Source: an uncultured candidate division WWE3 bacterium
Lineage (GTDB): Bacteria > Patescibacteriota > WWE3 > UBA101185 > UBA10185
Assembly (NCBI GenBank): GCA_963765125.1
Contig: CAVXUZ010000005.1
Location: forward strand, 361,441-425,440
Reading direction: 5' to 3'
Length of the DNA stretch: 64,000 nucleotides
The translations under genes and the position numbers were made by a program. Shown piece by piece: positions 24,848 through 33,981 of the stretch. The notes under the pieces were generated by a model. That model ran no database searches and was not told the origin of the DNA. It was given only the letters and a program-made list of their open reading frames with translations. Every line of letters begins with the position of its first letter. Positions within the stretch are counted from its first letter, which is position 1.

Positions 24848-26425
24848 ATGAAATCTAAAATTGTAGAACTCAAGTTTCAAGGATTTGAGGACATAAAAAA
24901 AGTACTTAAAGCAAATATTCCGGTATTTTTCATTATTGCCACATTAATATTCATTGCTTTTATCGCGGGTATAAGTGGTGAGTTTGTCTCAGACGACATA
25001 CCTGGTATCACAAAAAATATAAACGTGATTGATTTCGGAAAGTCCATACAACAGGGCCAAATACAACCAATTATCTACAGCGCGATTTATAATATTTTTG
25101 GCGAAAATGAAGAACCATTTCACGCATTCTCGATGCTTTTTCACTTTGTTAACATAATTTTGTTCTTTTTGATAATTTACAATCTTTTTGATAAAAAAGT
25201 CGCAGCACTTGCGAGCGTGTTGTACGCGGTTCATCCAGTCGTGGCAGAAACTGTATATTGGATTTCTGCTCTAAACTATCTAATTAACACATTTATTCTT
25301 CAAATTACTGTACTACTATATATGCTCTACAAAACTACTGGTAAAAAAAGTTACATTTATATTTTTACAGGTTACATGCTTGTTTTACCTTTTATCTTTG
25401 GTAACTATTGGCTTTACATGATTCCCTTTTTCTTACTGGCATTAGAATTATTTTTCTTTTTTGACCAAAAAATTAACTGGAAGCCAATATTGTTGCTTGT
25501 ACCATTATTTTTAATTTCGTTAGTCAGCTTTCTATTAAAATCACAAACCCAGCTAGTTGAAAGGGTAGGCTCACTACAAACTCCAGATGCAACGCCATAC
25601 TTTAATCGTGTACCTTATACGATTTACATGACTTGGGAGTTACTATTCTATCCTGCAGATCTCACTATTTACCACGAAGGAAGGGTGATAGGACAAACCA
25701 AATACGTCATGATGTTCGTAATCTCTCTGGCAACAATAGCGCTGATACTGTTCTTATTAAAAAAAGAAAAACTTCGAATTTACGGAGGTTTAATATTGTT
25801 AATGTTCGTAGCGTCACTACCGGTGTTTAGTCCCATACAGGTTGCATGGTTTATCGCCGAAAGATACATGTATGTAACAACAGGTATGTTCGCGGCGCTA
25901 GTCGCAGTAATTTTATTAAAGACTGAGACAAGATTTAAAAAGAAAAACTTTGCATTAATTGTTTGCTCCTTACTTGTGATTGCCTATATAGGCAGAGATA
26001 TTGTAAGAGCACAAGATTGGAAAACAAGAAAAAATCTTTGGCTTTCTACAGAACTCCACGGGCCATACAGCGCGAGAGTGCATAATAATTTAGGAGATGT
26101 GTTTGGCATAGAAAAAAATTATGCCGAGTCAATAAGACACTTTGAACTTGCAATAGCAATAAAACCAACATATAGCGAAGCAATGCATAATCTTGGAAAT
26201 ACGTACTTACAAATAGGCAATTACGACAAAGCTAAAGAAGTATTGAGTAAGTCACTAGAAGTAAACCCAATGCTTTTTCAATCTATCCATAAACTAGGTC
26301 TTATTGAATACAACAAAGGTAATGTAGAGCAAGCAAAGGAGTATTTTAGAAAAACTCTAGAAATTGACCCAACCTATCTACCTGCTATTGAAGCTTTACA
26401 AATTTTGCAGCAAAGAACCCAGTAA
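24848..26425 (+). CDS. Multi-TM GT-C-like protein with C-terminal TPRs (TMTC-like protein O-mannosyltransferase)
   Basis: FVSDD motif, HP..AETV.WIS, AERYMY, W...LW followed by TPRs (HNNLG, MHNLG). Confidence 0.75.
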   Translation: MKSKIVELKFQGFEDIKKVLKANIPVFFIIATLIFIAFIAGISGEFVSDDIPGITKNINVIDFGKSIQQGQIQPIIYSAIYNIFGENEEPFHAFSMLFHFVNIILFFLIIYNLFDKKVAALASVLYAVHPVVAETVYWISALNYLINTFILQITVLLYMLYKTTGKKSYIYIFTGYMLVLPFIFGNYWLYMIPFFLLALELFFFFDQKINWKPILLLVPLFLISLVSFLLKSQTQLVERVGSLQTPDATPYFNRVPYTIYMTWELLFYPADLTIYHEGRVIGQTKYVMMFVISLATIALILFLLKKEKLRIYGGLILLMFVASLPVFSPIQVAWFIAERYMYVTTGMFAALVAVILLKTETRFKKKNFALIVCSLLVIAYIGRDIVRAQDWKTRKNLWLSTELHGPYSARVHNNLGDVFGIEKNYAESIRHFELAIAIKPTYSEAMHNLGNTYLQIGNYDKAKEVLSKSLEVNPMLFQSIHKLGLIEYNKGNVEQAKEYFRKTLEIDPTYLPAIEALQILQQRTQ

Positions 26426-27248
26426 AAAGACCGTCCGGAATTTGTTTTTTAATCTCGAGTAAACTTATATTTTTGTAGTGGTCTAAAATCCAAACGATAA
26501 TGTCCTCGTTTTCTTCTTTGCTAAAAGTAGACGTAGAGTATACAAAGATTCCCTCTGAACGAAGCATCTTTATCGCAGATGCAACTAACTTTTTCTGCTC
26601 CTTCGCGCATTTCGCAGGAAGACTCGGGCTCCATTTTTCTAGTGACGCGGGGTCGTTAATATACACGTGGCCTTCGTTGGAACTTGGCGCATCGAGAAGC
26701 ACTCTATCGAAATACTCATTGAATAACTTAAACTTTTTTTCTAAGCCAACTCCAGATGCGTAGACAACTTCAGCCTGTGCCCCATTTCTAACCAAATTAT
26801 CTTCAAGTGCTGACGCTCTCTCTTTATTATTTTCAACAGCAATAATCTGTGACTTTCCCTTCGTAAGAGCTGCTATCTGAGTAGTTTTACTACCTACACC
26901 TGCACACATATCTAAAATTCGCTCACCCTCTTGAGGTTCCAAAAGTTGAACAGGCACCATACTTGCGAGTCTTTGAATATAAATGTTACCGTCTGTAAAA
27001 AGCGGTGTTTCTGAAAGTGCATAACCAATTGGTTCGTGTTCAATAACGTAGCTATTACTTAAAGGTCCCGGTTTAACAGTAAACCCAGACTGCTTCAACA
27101 TCTTGAGTGCGTCGCTGGGGCTCATCTTTAAAGTATTTACACGAAATGTAACGGGGGGTTTTTCATACAAATGCTGAAGTACTCTTACATGTTTTGGGCC
27201 GAATATTTTTTGAATCTTTTGAACAAAAAGGTCTTTTTTATTAGTCAT
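26385..27248 (-). CDS. RsmB/RsmF (NOL1/NOP2/Sun) family protein lacking both catalytic Cys
   Basis: RVNTLK, YIQ..ASM, LDMCAGVGSKT, DAPSS and YSTST...EENE. Confidence 0.85.
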   Translation of the reverse strand: MTNKKDLFVQKIQKIFGPKHVRVLQHLYEKPPVTFRVNTLKMSPSDALKMLKQSGFTVKPGPLSNSYVIEHEPIGYALSETPLFTDGNIYIQRLASMVPVQLLEPQEGERILDMCAGVGSKTTQIAALTKGKSQIIAVENNKERASALEDNLVRNGAQAEVVYASGVGLEKKFKLFNEYFDRVLLDAPSSNEGHVYINDPASLEKWSPSLPAKCAKEQKKLVASAIKMLRSEGIFVYSTSTFSKEENEDIIVWILDHYKNISLLEIKKQIPDGLFTGFFAAKFVKLQ

Positions 27249-27570
27249 TAAGCTTTTCTGACCAGAAAAACTTGCAACCGCGCTTACCAATCTTCAAAGA
27301 GTGGGCAGTATTTTCCGGAATAATAATTAAATCTCCGCTAGTACATTCTATAGTCTTATTGCATACATTTACAACCATACTTCCCTTTAAAATAACGAAA
27401 AGTCTATCTCTCATGGTTTCTTGTGGGCGATACTCATACTCAGCCGTATTAGTAACTAGTATCGGTGAGAACTGCAGATTAAGAATTGATTGTTTAACCT
27501 TCAATTCGTTTTGATTTTTAAACTTACTCTTTTGGTGGATTATTTTACTGAGACTTAATTCATTTTTCAC
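27241..27570 (-). CDS. Cupin-domain protein
   Basis: LFVILKGSM...GDLIIIPENTAHS. Confidence 0.7.
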   Translation of the reverse strand: MKNELSLSKIIHQKSKFKNQNELKVKQSILNLQFSPILVTNTAEYEYRPQETMRDRLFVILKGSMVVNVCNKTIECTSGDLIIIPENTAHSLKIGKRGCKFFWSEKLND

Positions 27571-27602
27571 ATTTGTATTTTATCAGTATTATGGTTTTTA
27601 TT

Positions 27603-28235
27603 ATGAAAAAGGGTTTATTTATTTTACTTCGTGGATTACCTGCATCTGGGAAAACAACGATAGCAAACAATTTTGTTAAAGTATCCCCGATTGCTTTTAC
27701 CTCATTAGATCCAGATACAGTGGATATTTCCAGCAAAGAGTATAGAAAGTTCATTCCAAAGATGACAAAGAATCCATCACCTAATGTGAAAATGTATTCT
27801 TATCTTTTTCAAAAATCTATTGCTCTACTGTCTGATGAGAAAAATGTGATTTGGCAGCAACCTTGGACTAGGCTTGCCGAGGTCAAACTAACAATACAAA
27901 ATATGGGTTACTATTTTACTACGCTGGGGAACAACGTTTGGTCGACAGATCTCAACATCATTTTAGAAAAATTACCTTTTGGGTTTCTAGTTGTACAAGT
28001 CAACATTTCTACTAATGGCTGTGTTTCAAGATACCAGCAAAGAAAAGGAGTTAAGGATTTTATAAGATTAGATAAAACAATTAGATGCTTTCAGAAGTCT
28101 AACCTAGGTGTACCAATACTAAATATTGATGGCGCAGATAGCCCCATTAAAAACGCGCAGCTGTTAATTGAATTTATGGAAAATCAAACCACCCAAAAAA
28201 ACACACAAAGCCCTACAATTGAAAAAAACGCGTGA
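27603..28235 (+). CDS. P-loop NTPase of the nucleotide/polynucleotide kinase-like class
   Basis: ILLRGLPASGKTT, LDPD, and a C-terminal IDGA. Confidence 0.7.
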   Translation: MKKGLFILLRGLPASGKTTIANNFVKVSPIAFTSLDPDTVDISSKEYRKFIPKMTKNPSPNVKMYSYLFQKSIALLSDEKNVIWQQPWTRLAEVKLTIQNMGYYFTTLGNNVWSTDLNIILEKLPFGFLVVQVNISTNGCVSRYQQRKGVKDFIRLDKTIRCFQKSNLGVPILNIDGADSPIKNAQLLIEFMENQTTQKNTQSPTIEKNA

Positions 28236-29200
28236 ATGACCCAAAACCTAAAAACTACCTTTGTTCCCTCCCATCCTAATGCTTCAAAGTGGTGATGAAG
28301 TGGCGCTATTTTGAAAACCTTTTTTCCATTTCTAAAATATTTTGATGTCCATTGTATTAATGTGGAGAATGCATCTACAACGTAGATAAAACAAAATATA
28401 GGGAATATAAAGAATGTGCCTGTTGTCATGATTATTACACCTAGTACTGCTCCAAAAGATAAAGCTCCCGTATCACCCATAAATAATCTCGCGGGGTTTA
28501 TGTTGAAGTACAAAAAAGCAAGTACTGCTCCCATTAATAAAAATAGAAATACGTTTTGTGTGACGCTGTCATTTGTGTACGATATTATGCTAATGAGAAC
28601 AACAGTTGTAATTAACCAAAGACCTGCAGCTAAGCCATCGATTCCATCCACTATGTTGAAGGCGTTTGAAACGAAGATTATTGTTAACATTGAAAGTGCA
28701 AATAAAATCAAACCGTCTGTTATCACCAAACCAGTAAATGGAATTGAAATATAAAATAAACCACTTGAAATACCGATATACGTCACGATTGCAGACACAA
28801 TTATTTGAATTGCAAATTTATATCTAACTCTTAAACCATGAGCATAAATTTTTCTGATGTCGTCTATAAACCCTACAATTCCAAAAAGTAGTAACACACT
28901 GAGAAGTAATAAAAACTCTTGCTGATTAAATTTGTAAATTCCTAAAAAATGAATTAAAGAAAAGACTATGCTAACTATAAAAACAATTAGAACACCGCCG
29001 CCACTTGGAGTACCAACTTTACCACCTTTAATATTATCGAAGATGTCTACGTTGTCACCAAAACGATCTAGTCGACCCTTTTCTCTTTTAGGGTCTTTCA
29101 TATTTAGGTTGTATAAAAATCCGATAAAGGGAATGAACAACAGCCAGGTTGCTATACATGAAACAATAGCCAAAAAATACATATTTGGTGCAATGCTCAT
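28184..29200 (-). CDS. mraY: Phospho-N-acetylmuramoyl-pentapeptide transferase
   Basis: GTPSGGG, GFIDD, NAFNIVDGIDGL, FMGDTG and APLHHHFE. Confidence 0.93.
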   Translation of the reverse strand: MSIAPNMYFLAIVSCIATWLLFIPFIGFLYNLNMKDPKREKGRLDRFGDNVDIFDNIKGGKVGTPSGGGVLIVFIVSIVFSLIHFLGIYKFNQQEFLLLLSVLLLFGIVGFIDDIRKIYAHGLRVRYKFAIQIIVSAIVTYIGISSGLFYISIPFTGLVITDGLILFALSMLTIIFVSNAFNIVDGIDGLAAGLWLITTVVLISIISYTNDSVTQNVFLFLLMGAVLAFLYFNINPARLFMGDTGALSFGAVLGVIIMTTGTFFIFPIFCFIYVVDAFSTLIQWTSKYFRNGKKVFKIAPLHHHFEALGWEGTKVVFRFWVIHAFFSIVGLCVFFWVV

Positions 29201-29330
29201 AGGTTTATTATATTCGCAATTTATTAAATAACTATATTTTTATCGTAAAACTGTCGTTGTTATCACAACTTAGCTTGTTTGGCTGGTGTTTTGTACTAAT
29301 ACTATGCAATACTAATGTGTATAGCCTAAT

Positions 29331-30200
29331 ATGCTTAAGAAAACGTTTAGAAAACCATATAGAACCTTACTAACTAAGATTACTAAAAATGTTATTGAGA
29401 AGCACCATCCACGTATTATTGCTGTTGTTGGTAATGGGCAAACGTCGATTGCCAGAGAGTTAATTTATCATGTACTAAAAAGTAAATTTGCAGTTAGAAG
29501 AAATTTAGAGTCCCCGGAATCAGAGTTTAGCGTTCCTCTCACAATTATCGGGCACGCCTCATATCCTTCAAGCGCAATTGAGTGGGTATCGGTTATTATT
29601 AAATCCATTTATAACCTTAATAAAATTAAACCCTATGAGCACTTTCTAGTTTTAGAAATAAACTTTAATGACAATGAGCTCCTTCAGGATTGGCTTAAAA
29701 TTACCGCGCCTGAGGTGTTGTTTATTGTTGGATCTATGAGTTTTGACTATTCATCATTACCGACCAAAAAAGTTGTGAAAATTGCTATGGTTGATTCTAC
29801 AGACGTGCTCGCACCGTTTAGACTTGGGGTTGAACAAGTTGCAAAGTATTTGGAAATAGATAGCAACGATGTCGAAACCGCATTTCAAACTTTTTCTTTA
29901 CCTGTATCAAAAATTCGCTATTTACCAGGTATTAACGAATCAGCCGTAATTGATGCCACCTACTACTATTTTCCTATTAAGTTAGAGGCTGTATTAGAAC
30001 TTGTGGATACAACACAAAACAATATAATCTTATTTTCTAGCCTAAAAGATGACGTTGCCTTAATACAGGGAAAGAAAATACTTATAAATCCAGAAAATTA
30101 CATTCCAAAGAAAGAAGACACAATAATATTACGTGGTCCTCGTACTAAGACTCTTCAGGAATTTGAGAGATTTGTTGAAAAAACCACTCCTCTTTTTTAA
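29331..30200 (+). CDS. Degenerate, shortened Mur-ligase (MurF-like) protein
   Basis: PRIIAVVGNGQTS..RELIYHVL...EFSVPLTIIG, LVLE, GIN.S.VIDATY; divergent from mraY. Confidence 0.6.
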   Translation: MLKKTFRKPYRTLLTKITKNVIEKHHPRIIAVVGNGQTSIARELIYHVLKSKFAVRRNLESPESEFSVPLTIIGHASYPSSAIEWVSVIIKSIYNLNKIKPYEHFLVLEINFNDNELLQDWLKITAPEVLFIVGSMSFDYSSLPTKKVVKIAMVDSTDVLAPFRLGVEQVAKYLEIDSNDVETAFQTFSLPVSKIRYLPGINESAVIDATYYYFPIKLEAVLELVDTTQNNIILFSSLKDDVALIQGKKILINPENYIPKKEDTIILRGPRTKTLQEFERFVEKTTPLF

Positions 30201-30201
30201 T

Positions 30202-30786
30202 ATGAGTAAAGTATCACTTGATAAAAACCAAGAGAAAAAACTAATTAAAGCAACGCAAAAAAATAAAGAAGCGTTTACACCACTCTATTTAAACTACAAG
30301 CCGCACATCATTTCATTTTTTTCTTATCGAGTCTCTGATAAGCAATCCGCAGAAGAGCTGACATCAGAGGTATTCGAAAAAGCCCTAACTGGAATTGATA
30401 ACTACCAGTGGCAAGGAATTCCTTTTTCTGCGTGGTTATTTAGAATCGCGCGTAATACGCTTGTCGATTTTTACAGACGTAACGAAAAAAATAAAAAGGT
30501 TTCGCCGATAAATGATGAGGAGCAACCCATCACAGATAATAAAACTCCACTTGAGCACAATGAGGTTATGGCTTCTGAAGATTTACTTTATAAAGTCCTG
30601 CAGGAACTTCCTTCTCGGGAAATGAATATTATTTATATGAAATTTTTTGATGGATATACAAACAGGCTTATTTCGAAACTGACTGGACTTACAGAAACAA
30701 ATATAGGAACTATAATTTTCAGAACGTTAAAAAGAATGCGTGAAATGTACACTGAAAATAAAAATGAATTTATTTATAGGAATTAA
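30202..30786 (+). CDS. ECF RNA polymerase sigma factor
   Basis: AEELTSEVFEKA...FSAWLFRIARN..VDFYR (region 2) and a region-4 HTH. Confidence 0.92.
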   Translation: MSKVSLDKNQEKKLIKATQKNKEAFTPLYLNYKPHIISFFSYRVSDKQSAEELTSEVFEKALTGIDNYQWQGIPFSAWLFRIARNTLVDFYRRNEKNKKVSPINDEEQPITDNKTPLEHNEVMASEDLLYKVLQELPSREMNIIYMKFFDGYTNRLISKLTGLTETNIGTIIFRTLKRMREMYTENKNEFIYRN

Positions 30787-30788
30787 TT

Positions 30789-31781
30789 CTATTTACCTAT
30801 TATCTTCATTAAAACATTAGCGAGCTTATCAGAGTCATGTCGAATTAAACTTCTTCTCACAGCGTCCCCTTCTTTTCTAACAACAACTTTTCCTGCGAGT
30901 AAGTCTGCCTTTACAACTTTAAACGGATGTTTACCGTTGAGGTCATTTTTAACAGGGTATCCTTTTTCGTCTTCATATTTTTTTAGAATGTCTTGTGGAA
31001 GTTTTGTATTACTCACGACTACATAGTCTGGATAAATCTTTAAATAACGTTTTAGTTCGTCAACATATTTTTTTGCAGTAAAGTTAGTTGTTTGTCCATG
31101 TTTATTTATAAGATTTACATTGAAGATAACCTTACCTTTTGATTTTTTAATTGCTTCTGCTGTACCTGAAACCACCATATTTGCCAAAAGACTCGTATAT
31201 AAATCTCCAGGCCCTAAAATAATAAAATCTGCTTCGAGTATGGCTTTTTTTGCTTTTGGATAAATTTTTGCTTTTGGCTGAATTTTTAGTTTTTTGATTT
31301 TTTTATTACAATCGTGCCTCGAATTTGGTTCGTCTATAAAACTTTCTCCAATCAAAATAGACCCATCTTCGTATTCTGCAACTAGCGTCACGTCATCACG
31401 CGATACCGGTAAAACTTTTCCTTTAACTCTTAAAATTTTTGAAACGTGCTCATACGCAATTTCATCTGATTTATACATATCGGACAAAGCAGTAATAAGA
31501 AGATTTCCAAAGTTATGCCCTTTCAACCCCATTCCTTTATCAAACCTGTATAAAAACAGCTCACGCATAATGTTGCTATCGCCATTTGCATCAGCAAGCG
31601 CTGCTAACGCCATTCGGTAATCACCAACAGGTAAAAAACCAAACTCATCGCGTAAACGCCCCGTACTGCCTCCACTATCTGCAACCGTAACTATAGCTGT
31701 TATATCTAAATCCTTCTTTTTTAATCCAGACAGAATGGTGAAGGTACCGGTTCCGCCCCCTATCACTACAACTTTTTTCAT
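30789..31781 (-). CDS. YvcK/GlmR (CofD-like) UDP-sugar-binding protein
   Basis: GGGTG, VADSGGSTGRLR, GHNFGNL, GPGDLYTS and RHD. Confidence 0.92.
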   Translation of the reverse strand: MKKVVVIGGGTGTFTILSGLKKKDLDITAIVTVADSGGSTGRLRDEFGFLPVGDYRMALAALADANGDSNIMRELFLYRFDKGMGLKGHNFGNLLITALSDMYKSDEIAYEHVSKILRVKGKVLPVSRDDVTLVAEYEDGSILIGESFIDEPNSRHDCNKKIKKLKIQPKAKIYPKAKKAILEADFIILGPGDLYTSLLANMVVSGTAEAIKKSKGKVIFNVNLINKHGQTTNFTAKKYVDELKRYLKIYPDYVVVSNTKLPQDILKKYEDEKGYPVKNDLNGKHPFKVVKADLLAGKVVVRKEGDAVRRSLIRHDSDKLANVLMKIIGK

Positions 31782-31848
31782 TATTAATATTCAACGAAAT
31801 TGAGATTAAGGTATCACATTTATTAGAGGAATTAAAACGCCAGTAAGA

Positions 31849-32613
31849 CTAAAGAAACGTTAAACTATCCATAAAACTTTCCATTTCTTTGGTCAAGTTT
31901 TCATCATTGTAAAGCCCGCTGGGACTCGAAAAGGATATCTCGTAAAGAATACTTTTGCTTCTGTCTACAATTAACGCGGTATGTTCAAAGTTGTCAGTTT
32001 TTTTCTTAAAATAAAGACCCTCTTTATACTTAAGCTTGTACGGCTCTTCGCTATACTTATCGGTACTCTCACGATTTGCTCTGACTAATGAGTTGTTATC
32101 TAAACTGTAATCAAACTTAACTTCTTTAATTGTTAGCGAGAAATTTTTCTCTCCATTAGTTTTACTAATTAAATCGTGTTTTTCTAAAAAAGGCACCTTT
32201 TTATCCACAACTGAAGTCGCCTCATAATCTGGACTAAAGTTCATTGTAAAATATTTACTTTCGAGGGTTTTAAACAAAAACGATTCTTCTTTTTTTGATT
32301 CTTTATTTGACAAGGCGCTCATCAAAAAGATTAGAACTATTGGCGTAACGATTATTGCTGTAAGTAACCAACTCGGCATTCCTTTTCCTGCCTTTTTTAC
32401 TGTAACGTCATTTATGCGATAAGAGCTTCCTAATTGGGTAATAGATTCGTCGTCTGCTTTTTCGTTGCTTACTGGCATACTCTGGTTTGGTGATTGATTT
32501 GCTTGTGGTTGAGGCTGCACTACTTCAGCAACACCTGGGGCAGGATGATTTGGAGCAATAGAAGACACATGACTGTCTTCACCTATAATGTCTGAGACAA
32601 CCCAATCGCTCAC
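31849..32613 (-). CDS. Hypothetical single-pass membrane protein
   Basis: Disordered Pro/Gln N-terminus, one TM, and a beta-rich C-terminal domain; TATAAT lies 6 nt before the GTG. Confidence 0.7.
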   Translation of the reverse strand: MSDWVVSDIIGEDSHVSSIAPNHPAPGVAEVVQPQPQANQSPNQSMPVSNEKADDESITQLGSSYRINDVTVKKAGKGMPSWLLTAIIVTPIVLIFLMSALSNKESKKEESFLFKTLESKYFTMNFSPDYEATSVVDKKVPFLEKHDLISKTNGEKNFSLTIKEVKFDYSLDNNSLVRANRESTDKYSEEPYKLKYKEGLYFKKKTDNFEHTALIVDRSKSILYEISFSSPSGLYNDENLTKEMESFMDSLTFL

Positions 32614-32665
32614 AGAATAATTATACAGAATTTATTTATACTACCAAGAAAAAGCCTAAATATTT

Positions 32666-33208
32666 TTACTGGCAAAGGCTAACAATATCGTCACTATCAG
32701 TAACGGTTAGTGGGCATTCAAATACCTCGCCACCATTTTTACTGTCAAAGGTGAACACTGCGCTAGCGATGCCCGATGATTTTGCGTAGAGCCTAAACCT
32801 TGTGGGATCACCGTTTACATTACCTACGTACCTAAAATAACATTGGTCGGTACCCCCGCTAACATTTGTCCAACCGCTTGCGTCGCAAACTTCGGGCATG
32901 TTTATTCCTTGCACAGAAAACAGGCACTCATTATCAGGAACTCCTGCAACTGTGCAACTGCCGTTAAACTCGTTTGCATTAAACTCTAAAGAGCCCATAA
33001 ATTCGGCCTCGTTCGCAACTCTTCCGTAAGAAGAGTTAAACGATTCAGCTGAAAGTATTATTTTGTTAATCATCGCTGTTACCGTACCGTCGTTCGCTTG
33101 ATTCTGCTGTTTACTTGGGTTAATAATTGTAACCAAAACTGCAGCTAGAATTCCAATAAGAACAATTACGATCAACAACTCGATCAATGTAAAACCATTT
33201 TTTTTCAC
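32666..33208 (-). CDS. Type IV pilin-like protein
   Basis: Class III signal KKNG|FTLIELLIVI with E5, and six Cys. Confidence 0.9.
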   Translation of the reverse strand: MKKNGFTLIELLIVIVLIGILAAVLVTIINPSKQQNQANDGTVTAMINKIILSAESFNSSYGRVANEAEFMGSLEFNANEFNGSCTVAGVPDNECLFSVQGINMPEVCDASGWTNVSGGTDQCYFRYVGNVNGDPTRFRLYAKSSGIASAVFTFDSKNGGEVFECPLTVTDSDDIVSLCQ

Positions 33209-33241
33209 TTCAATTACCCCGAGTTCTTAAAAACTCAAATA

Positions 33242-33820
33242 CTAGTTGCACGGGTCACCATCGGTAGCATCTGCAGCGTCAGCATCTGCGACTGATGCAG
33301 CTGGACATTCGACTATATCTCCAATTTTGTTGTCATAGAGAAATACTGTTCCCGCAATACCGTAAGATCTGGCAGCTAACCTAAAGTGAGTCTCGTCTGT
33401 TCCGCCAACTGCTTCACCATAGTAATGGTAGGCGCAAGCTGTAGCTCCAGCTCCTTGCCATCCACTTGCAGCACATGCTGAGTTTGAACCGTCATCAACT
33501 TTAAGGTCGTTACCTGTTACTGTAAAGTTACAAACGTGGGGCATTTCTGCGGATCCGCCAGCGCATGAAGCACCAACATCAGCAGCATTCTGCAATGATC
33601 CCATCAACTCAACGTCATTAGGGGCTCTACCATAGGCTGAAATAAATCCTTCTACGGCTAAACCAACTTTATTAATTGTGGCTTGGACTCCCGCATCTTT
33701 TGCTCTATTTTGTTGTTGCGCAGGGTTAATAATCGCGATCAAAACACCGGCTAAAATACCGATGATTACAATAACGATAAGAAGCTCAATGAGTGTGAAT
33801 CCTTTTTGATTTTTTAGCAA
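33242..33820 (-). CDS. Type IV pilin-like protein, possibly the major pilin
   Basis: QKG|FTLIELLIVI with E5, six Cys, a strong SD (GAGAGGGGGTG) and its own promoter. Confidence 0.9.
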   Translation of the reverse strand: MLKNQKGFTLIELLIVIVIIGILAGVLIAIINPAQQQNRAKDAGVQATINKVGLAVEGFISAYGRAPNDVELMGSLQNAADVGASCAGGSAEMPHVCNFTVTGNDLKVDDGSNSACAASGWQGAGATACAYHYYGEAVGGTDETHFRLAARSYGIAGTVFLYDNKIGDIVECPAASVADADAADATDGDPCN

Positions 33821-33929
33821 AGTTCACACCCCCTCTCAAAAGATTAAATTTTAAAAAGTATTTTGACATAGTACAAGGCAGGCGAAAGCCAAACTTGGCT
33901 TTAGAGTACTACTCCAACACCTATTATAA

Positions 33930-33958
33930 AGTATGAAACTTTAAAGTTGCTGTGTCAA
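33930..33958 (-). promoter_or_regulatory. Sigma70 promoter of the pilin pair
   Basis: TTGACA-17 nt-CATACT, with a TATAAT a few nt downstream. Confidence 0.65.
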
Positions 33959-33981
33959 GAAAATGTGGGTGTTCAAATTAG

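Noticed and set aside
33869-33911. c-di-GMP-I riboswitch upstream of the pilin
   Set aside because: The GGC-GAAA-GCC tetraloop is on the non-transcribed strand and the other consensus elements are missing
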